Position numbers and translations under genes: made by a program | Origin: Spirochaetota bacterium | GTDB taxonomy: Bacteria > Spirochaetota > UBA12135 > COTS27 | NCBI GenBank assembly: GCA_965249715.1 | Contig: CBDFMP010000037.1 | Span: forward strand, 711-64,710 | DNA: 64,000 nt | Reading direction: 5' to 3' | The notes under the pieces: model-generated | The model's input: the letters and a program-made list of their open reading frames with translations, nothing else | What the model was told of the DNA's origin: nothing | Database searches by the model: none | Shown: positions 57,131-64,000 of the stretch, one piece after another | Layout: each line of letters opens with the position of its first letter | Numbering within the stretch: the stretch's first letter is position 1

Positions 57131-57448
57131 TTATCCTTCAGAATGTTTGCCGCTTGTTTGAGTGTTATTGACTACGGTAGTATCTTGTAGCTTGATCTCG
57201 CCAAATTTGTTTTCGTATTTTGTTATATTGTCATTGAGCGTGAGGAAAAACTTTTTCAAATCCATTGGCGTCATCACGATGCGTGAACAGATAATGCCTT
57301 TATTGCTCCCAGGCGGTAGAAAAGCGAAATCAATCAGAAAGTTCGCGGCATTGTGATTTAAAATAGTGATATTAGCGAAGTTTCCTTTCGCTACTTCAGC
57401 AGAGCCTTGCAACTGAAGTTTGTTGTCTGTGTTGGGAACTAAATTCAT
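57131..57448 (-). CDS. DUF3467-like small protein
   Basis: 105 aa. FANITILNHNAANFLIDFAFLPP...SRIVMTP...YENKFGEI matches my recollection of DUF3467. There is a 4-nt gap to aceB. Confidence 0.55.
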   Translation of the reverse strand: MNLVPNTDNKLQLQGSAEVAKGNFANITILNHNAANFLIDFAFLPPGSNKGIICSRIVMTPMDLKKFFLTLNDNITKYENKFGEIKLQDTTVVNNTQTSGKHSEG

Positions 57449-57720
57449 AGTGGTTTAATAATAGTTGATTTTATAAAAAATAAGCGATATTTAAAGATAA
57501 TATTGATATTCTAACACGCACATTGAATTGTGTTGGCGAATTGTGTCAATTATTGCTTGTTATTGTAATGAAAGCTAAAATGTGTTGGCAAATTATTAAA
57601 ATTTTAGCACTTTTGAAATGGTTGCTGAAGTTTTAGGGTCTTATTTTGATGAAAAGTGGGCTGAATTTGTAAATTTTTTATCGCTTTTCCTAAAATGCGT
57701 CAAATAACAAGCTAGGAACT

Positions 57721-57755
57721 GGTTGCGCCAGCCCGCATTGCGGGCTGGCGCAACC
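57721..57755 (+). terminator. perfect 16-bp GC-rich hairpin (orphan terminator-like or REP-like element) in a divergent intergenic region
   Basis: ggttgcgccagcccgc-att-gcgggctggcgcaacc, followed by gtttat. No annotated upstream gene on this strand. Confidence 0.45.
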
Positions 57756-57832
57756 GTTTATGAAGCTGTTTATACGTGCTGACTGTATAATATTGGTAGT
57801 ATCGTTAGCTATTTACGAAAAATATACCTGAG

Positions 57833-59693
57833 ATGAAACAAATTGTGCCAGCTGCCGTTATGCAGGCAATTGATAAGGCGGCTCAGCAGGACGGGCTTAG
57901 CGGCGAGGCACTCATGGAGAGTGCCGGCAGGGCTGCCTGGCTGATACTCAGACAGCAGCTGCTATTGCGACTGCTACGCCGCAGGAAATTGCGGCTTGTG
58001 ACGACATTACGCCTTATTATCGTCTGCGGCAAGGGCAATAATGGCGGCGATGGTCTGGTATTGGCGCGTTACGCATTGCTGGATACGCTTTTTGCTGCAG
58101 CTCCCCAACAGGGATTCCGTTTGCAGCTGTACGTAGGCCTGCTGAGTGAAAGTGCTGCTGAACTCAGCAGCGCCAATTATGCCAACTTTCGCAAATTGCG
58201 CGCCTGCCAATCCGCTAGCGCCGCCGAAACACCCGCACCGCTGCTGCAAATACAAACACCCGCAGCTGCCCTGGCAATGGCGCAGGATGCCGATATTGAA
58301 AAATGCTGCAAGACCTGCAGTGTTCACCATTATTGTCGATGCGCTGCTGGGAACGGGCAGTCATGGTGTTTTGCGGCAGCCGTATCGTGACATTGTGACG
58401 CGCATCATGCAACTGCGTGCGGACTTGCCATTGCGTGCTGTTAGGGTGGTGGCATTGGATGCGCCTACGGGGGCATTGAGTTTTAGTGATGCAGCTGAAC
58501 AAACACCTGCTGAGCTGGCAGCAGCGCCCTGTCTGCGTGCAGATTTGACAATCGTCTTTGAATGGGTGAAGTTGGAACTCTTAGCTCCCGCTGTGCGGCG
58601 TATGGCGGGACAGCTTTGCTGCGCGCGCGTGGGATTTCCGCCTGCATTGCTGCATTTATACAATACTCAGCAACGGTCTCAGTTCACTCAGCCGCGTTTA
58701 TTGGAATGGTCAGATGCAGCAGCGGCATTGCCGCCGTATAGACAGGATGATTACAAAAAAACACGCGGACGTGTGGGGGTGATTGCCGGGACAACGGGAT
58801 TATTGGGAGCGGGTGTTTTGGCAGTGCGCGCTGCCAGTGCTGCGGGCGCAGGACTGGTCACGCTCTTCTCGCAAGCTGAAGCTTTGCCGCTTCAAGCAGC
58901 GCGCCTTGTGGAGCAAATGGTGTATCCATTGAGCAGCTTGCTGCAAGCTGAGGCTGAACCTGCCGCCATGGGTTATGCACGTCCCGTACGTCCTGCCATT
59001 GAACCTGCCGCCGCGGCACTCAGCGCTTTTGATGCCATGCTCATAGGCCCTGGTTTAGGGGCTGGCGCATTGGAACTGCCTTATATGCGCGAGAGCTTAG
59101 CTGCGGTATTGACGTCTCAGCTGCCATTGTGTTTCGATGCCAATGGCATCGACTGTGTCCGTTCATTACATGCCGCGGGGGTTTGGGATAGTTGCACGCA
59201 AGCCGCACATGCTAAGGGCGCTAAGGATGCTAAGGGTGCTAAGGACGCGCCGCCACTGCGTTATTGTTTGACCCCGCATATTGGTGAACTGGCGCGCCTC
59301 TTGGATGTCAGTACGCAGCGCATAGCCGCCAATCCATTGCCATACCTGCAAACGGCATGTCAACGTTTTCACGCGGTGATAGTGCTGAAGGGGCAGTGCA
59401 GCATCATTGCCGCGCCAAGCGGACAGCTGGCATACATTGACGGGAATAATCCCTTCTTAGGCACTGGCGGCAGCGGCGATGTGCTGGCGGGCGTGATTAC
59501 CGCTTTCATGGCTTATCTGCAGCAACACGCTCGCGGTGGTGACAGCCACCACAGCGTCTTTCGGGCGGCATGGCTGGGGGTGCTGCTGCACGCAGAAGCA
59601 GGACGGCGGGCATTGAAACGTTATGGCGTCTTCACTGCATCGCAGCTTTTAGCGCCATTGGCACGGGTTGCGGCTGCATGTTTGAAATATTAA
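57833..59693 (+). pseudogene. nnr: bifunctional NAD(P)H-hydrate repair enzyme (epimerase + ADP-dependent dehydratase) with one frame change
   Basis: YjeF-N landmarks: CGKGNNGGDG (frame of 57833) and TIIVDALLGTG (frame of 58146). C-terminal kinase-like domain YKKTRGRVGVIAGTTGLLGAG...GTGGSGDVLAG. The frame switch maps to ~58,296-58,320, next to an A5 run. Confidence 0.8.
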
Positions 59694-60197
59694 AACAAAC
59701 ATGCTCTCCCTGTGCATACGCCCGCTTCTAATCTATTTTATACGTAACATCATCTTGTTTGTAACGAGTTGGGGGTACTATGTTAACTTGCATTGTCCCT
59801 ATCAAATAAACAATATAAATAAATAAATACATTTTATTCTTGCTCAAATGCAACTATGCAAAATCCCCGTTTCAACATGCCCCGTGTGGGTTTGTGCTCT
59901 GGTCTCCCCTACCATTTTTGCTTGAAAGCGGTATCTTATTAGTACCAAAATAGAACATTATTGTACTTTCATATGTTTCATATTGTACATATGGGAAATG
60001 TGTTCCTTAAGGAACAAATATGTAGCTTCAATGTACCATTATTTCTGAGAGTGTTGCTGTTGTTGATGTTAATTACACTGGTGGTTTGACATTTTGTGAG
60101 TATGTTCGCTATAATTCCGTGACCCGTATTTAGCCAGTATTTAGTCACAGGCTGCGCGTACAAATGCGTAAACAGGGATTCCTAGGAGGCAGGAAGA

Positions 60198-60217
60198 GGG
60201 GGGGGGGGGGGGGGGGG
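60198..60217. repeat. G20 homopolymer
   Basis: Counted directly: 60198-60217. Confidence 0.95.
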
Positions 60218-62281
60218 TAAAAAGCGGCATCACGAATCGTTCGTGCCGAAGAAAAGCCGCGCACGATAGAGGACATCCGATCGAATTGTGCTGTGTGGAC
60301 TCGTATACCTTCCTCTGTGCATCCGCAGCACGACTCGTGCTTTTCCCCGCAATGCAGTAGGCTACCAATTAGTTTTCATATTCCATGAATAAGAATGTAA
60401 CCCACTAAGTTCAGTTGTAAATCGCTCTACTTCATATTTAGTAGGCTACTGCTTCTCTGCAAATGTAGCCTATTAATCCTGATAAATAACCCACATAAAA
60501 CAACAAATATGAAAATAAATGTTGCTGATATCAACGCGGAATGAACTATAATTGAATAAAATGTGCATCCACACATGCATGCACATTTTACGTTTGGATG
60601 TTTGCGACCCAGTACATCGTGACTAAGCGCCTAAAGGATATATATATATAAGATAGGCTATCTTAAACCCGGAGAGTAAATGGTACTCTTTAAAAACACG
60701 TGAAGGTTGTCGTGCCTTTCGTGTGTAGGCTACCTCTTGGAAAATTGATTCAGTCAGACACACTGGCCAGACTGTCGTCTAACCTCTTCCCAAGTGCGGC
60801 AGTTGCGTGACTGACCTGGTCTTGCCTCATTTTGCGTTGCGTGAGAAGTTATTAATGTGAGCTCCCACTCGCAAGAATATCCGACGCGGTATCAGGCAGA
60901 GCCAGATAAAACGCTGCGTATTACGCTGCAACCGGAGAGACAGCAAGGTGGCCGGACCAGCAGTAAGGTGTGTTCTGTGTTTCAAATCCAGTCTAGGATT
61001 AACTGGTCCTAACTGTGTAAGAAAAAAACATTGAAATACTCCTTATTAAAAGCGCGTTGTATCGTCAATACTGGGATGGATATTAGGATAATCATGTTTG
61101 GTATGAAAATGTGATACATTTAATAAAGGCTAGATCACATATATTCAATGTTAGGACAGTTTGTTTGTGGCTGTGTTCGAAACCGCATACTAGTAGTGGT
61201 CTACTAAATTTCAGCCTGATTCTCATTTAAATGTAGTACGAGTAGTTTGCTAAATATGCAGTTTCGACCAGAGCCTGTGTTTGTCAAGGAGTTGGAAGAG
61301 CGTGAAAAGTCAGTGGAGAGACGTCACGACACGTCATCGCAGTAGTAGTAGTCACATAGAGCGCATGTACCTCGCACGGAACTCACAGATCTGACACGTC
61401 ACGAAGGCAGTCACTCAGGAAGTATTCATCGCATTATCACGATGCCGTGCCTCTCCTCTCCCTCACCCCCTGGGCATCACTGTGCCTTCCATGGAAATCG
61501 TTCTAAAAAGGAGCAATTAAAAGAGCCAACTCGCTAAGCTGTTTCCTGCTGAACTCTTGATAGTGGAAGCATTACGTTATTTCTAATTTATATTTTATTA
61601 AGAAAAAAACAGCTCAGGCTAGGTTTTGAAATAGCTAGTAGCAAGTATTTCAAGCTATCCATAGCTGAATTTTACACCAGTGTTGTATTATTTCTAGCCA
61701 CATTAAACAAATTTTGCAAGATCCACATCTGTACCCTGCCCCGCGAACAGAATGCCCCAGTCCAATACACAGAATGCCTCCGTTTTAAAGAGCTAGATGC
61801 AAGAGGCAGTAAGCACTATTTTTGAAGGTTTAGTGTAGCATGGCTGTTGGGGGTGGGGGTGTCCTTCTGGAAGCTCTTACAACATGAAACCAAAACTGGT
61901 GATAAGTTTACAATGTCAGGAATTCACTGACAGCATCAAACCCGAGTACTAACAAGCCCAAGCACTGATAAGTGTGTGTTGAGGTCGGGCCGGTCCAGCA
62001 TGACTAGTGGGTGAGTCCAACATCACACTGCAGAGAAGATTTACTTTACATGACATTTTATTTAGCAGATGCTTTATTCTAAAGCGACATACAAAACAGT
62101 AGACGTCAAGGTCATAGAACAAACAACCCACAGCTCAGATACGGTACAATTCATATATGATTGGTTGTAAGGCCATGCATTTAAGTCCAGTACGCAAGGT
62201 AGATAGGCCGAGCATGAAAGGACCATGGCGAGACATCTTCAGGAACTAAAGTGCTGAGACATACAAATTCAAAAGATCTTA

Positions 62282-62455
62282 TTGTGGCTACACCAAGACT
62301 TGTGCCACCAACCGTCATGCACCTTAGCCACTAGCTACAGCTGCCCCCCAAGATGCTCAAGGGTACAACAGCAGTGTCACGGCGAGGAATCAAACTCACA
62401 ACCCTCCTGTGACAAGTCCAGCTCACAAGCCATTACTGCTCCAGGGAGGATTGCA
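62282..62455 (-). mobile_element. tRNA-derived SINE-like sequence (teleost-style), tentative
   Basis: The minus strand contains tRNA-like modules: ggcagctgTAGCTAGTGGctaagg (A-box-like) and gggttgtGAGTTTGATTCCtcgcc (B-box-like). These resemble vertebrate/fish tRNA-SINE heads as I remember them. Confidence 0.3.
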
Positions 62456-62472
62456 CCCCCCCCCCCCCCCCC
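62456..62472. repeat. C17 homopolymer
   Basis: Counted directly: 62456-62472. Confidence 0.95.
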
Positions 62473-63325
62473 AATATTATTTAACAGTCCTTTCATTTCC
62501 ACCGGAAAAAAACCCAAGTCCCCTCCTACCACTGTATCCGAGCTCAAGCATTCCTTTTCTGTGACAAACACGCACACTCCGGATGCATTCTTGAACCTGT
62601 GGAATCTCGCAAACTGCCCAGGCTCCGATTGGGTAAATCGTCATCATGCAAATCATCCAATCAGCAAGGGCGCTGAGAGGGGAACGAGCCTCAGGGATCC
62701 GTTGTCAGAAGTGTAGCCGGGTAACGACGTATTCTTGCGGACAGGCCTGATCCCTGATATAACTGTTAATTTTTCAGCTGCACAATGCTTTCTATGTGCC
62801 TGTGTGCTGTACTTCAACACCAATGTTATCTGTGGTGCTTATCTGTGTCTAGGTGGAGCCCGGGAAGGGAAGATTACAACTCCAGTATTTCCTGGGGCAC
62901 CCTATATTTACACAAAAAAGAGTCCTAAAGTCATTGCCCGGCATTGTCACGTGACAGCTGTTTTTTTTATTTATTCATATCTGGTGAAGGCTGTTGGTGA
63001 AGGGTCACAGAATGAGTAAGCACCTATTTCAAGAGAGCTAACCTTTACAAATAATCTGGAGATGTTGGTACACCCGGTACACTATATTAAGTGTATTTTT
63101 TATAATGCGCCCATGTTATATGCAATATATACGTATGTAACTGTACATGTGGTTTAGTACGGATTCCCCTCCACCCTTTGTATGGTACCTGTAACCCTGG
63201 CAGGATTTCTGAACAGGCAGGATTAGTTTCTGTTAACTGGAGTAGGCAGGGTTTCCCGCCCGAATTTGCTTGGTTTCGGGGACAATGTCATTGAGTGCAA
63301 AGTCTTCTCTCTGGATGTGTTTTGT

Positions 63326-63755
63326 ACGGTGGCCCTGAGAGCTCAACGCACTGCGACTTAAGAAAACATATGCAAGTAGACAAAAACACAACCAAATTAA
63401 GAAAACATTTTCATTTAAAAAAAAACACTTTTTCACCCAGTAGTTTTAGTTCATTTTCCAACAGCATTGACGGGTAGCCGATTTTAATAACTTACAACCA
63501 TAGACACATATACAACAACGTCATATCCAGCTGTGTTCATCACTTTTTATTGTCCCCTGGAAACATTTCCTTTGTGTTTTTTGTGAATTTGCAACGTTTT
63601 ACTTTTGCAGCGCGTTTGTGTATCTGCATCGCGTCTTCTAAATGCTGCGCATGTGTCGTCAACTTGATGAAAATACTTTCTTCATTTTGTTGTGTTTTGT
63701 CTATTTGCATGTGTTTTCTTAAGTTGCAGTGCGTTGAGCTCACAGGTACACCGCA
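63326..63755. repeat. inverted repeat, ~90-bp arms (63326-63414 and 63666-63755), ~250-bp spacer
   Basis: Arm A reads ...gagctcaacgcactgcgacttaagaaaacatatgcaagtagacaaaaacaca.... The reverse complement of arm B reads ...gagctcaacgcactgcaacttaagaaaacacatgcaaatagacaaaacaca.... Confidence 0.8.
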
Positions 63756-64000
63756 GATTTGAGTGAGTGAGTGCTGCCACCCGAACCTACACCCCTCTCA
63801 CCCTACATCCAAACCTACACCCCTCTCAACCTACACCCAACCCTACACACCTGTCAGCAACACTCTGTCAACCCCAAGCCTCAAGCTTACACCCCGCTAC
63901 CTATTCCACTCTCACGTTTGTTTTTTTGTTTTTTTTCAAAGATTGTGATCTGTTACAGGGAAGGGATGATTCCCCACACAAGACTGGTTATCTGTGACAG

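Larger units (their letters stand above)
59694..64000. other. ORF-poor, eukaryote-like non-coding DNA (not bacterial in character)
   Basis: No credible ORF in 4.3 kb. Contains G20, C17, (AT)7, tRNA-derived-SINE-like modules, a 90-bp inverted repeat and low-complexity cctacaccc repeats. Confidence 0.7.

Noticed and set aside
60141-62716. ORFs in the eukaryote-like part (60141-60368 and 62282-62716, with poly-Pro/poly-Gly).
   Set aside because: The proline and glycine runs are just translated homopolymer tracts. The rest has no protein-like features, and the surrounding DNA has no gene structure I can support.

Overview
The window joins two very different kinds of DNA.

(1) Positions 1-59,693 are a gene-dense chromosomal segment of a diderm (Gram-negative-type) bacterium, with short intergenic gaps. 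I cannot assign the lineage by eye. Markers present include a type-2 IleRS, sigma-54, LptC/A/B, the glyoxylate shunt and a SpeH-type AdoMetDC.

Content from left to right:
- a lipoprotein gene;
- an intact HBD-RNase H gene trailed by seven tandem, internally deleted copies of its own catalytic domain;
- an outer-membrane factor plus two RND pumps (one frame-split, no adaptor gene);
- a P-loop kinase-like gene, speH and rpoN;
- a 17.3-kb, two-operon aromatic/heterocycle catabolic cluster sitting exactly between lptB and rpoN. One operon encodes a thioesterase, a CrtI-like flavoenzyme, an IorAB-type 2-oxoacid:ferredoxin oxidoreductase, an NCS1 permease, a cyclase/isatin-hydrolase-like protein, a bifunctional aryl-CoA 5-hydroxylase/OYE reductase, an FMO and an SDR. 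The divergent operon encodes a nitrilase, gentisate 1,2-dioxygenase, an FAH hydrolase and maleate isomerase;
- lptC, a giant 926-aa lptA-like gene, and lptB;
- an aminotransferase gene, ileS, and msrB-msrA;
- a NYN-domain gene with a ~545-bp tandem duplication;
- folD, a lipoprotein gene, and two CAU-anticodon tRNAs;
- a pentapeptide-repeat gene whose ~200-310-bp higher-order repeats lose frame;
- a frame-broken GLUG-motif surface lipoprotein gene;
- DUF3467-aceB-aceA, and a frameshifted nnr.

(2) Positions 59,694-64,000 are ORF-poor, eukaryote-like DNA with G20 and C17 tracts, tRNA-derived-SINE-like motifs and a ~90-bp inverted repeat.

Most worth a second look:
- the bacterial/eukaryote-like junction;
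- the ligase-less, regulator-less catabolic cluster and its insertion into the lptB-rpoN block;
- the RNase H cassette array;
- the giant LptA;
- a window-wide habit of head-to-tail duplication at every scale (17 bp to ~550 bp), co-occurring with frame-broken genes.

All coordinates were derived by eye from the printed sequence and the ORF track. No searches were run, so family calls rest on remembered motifs and architectures.
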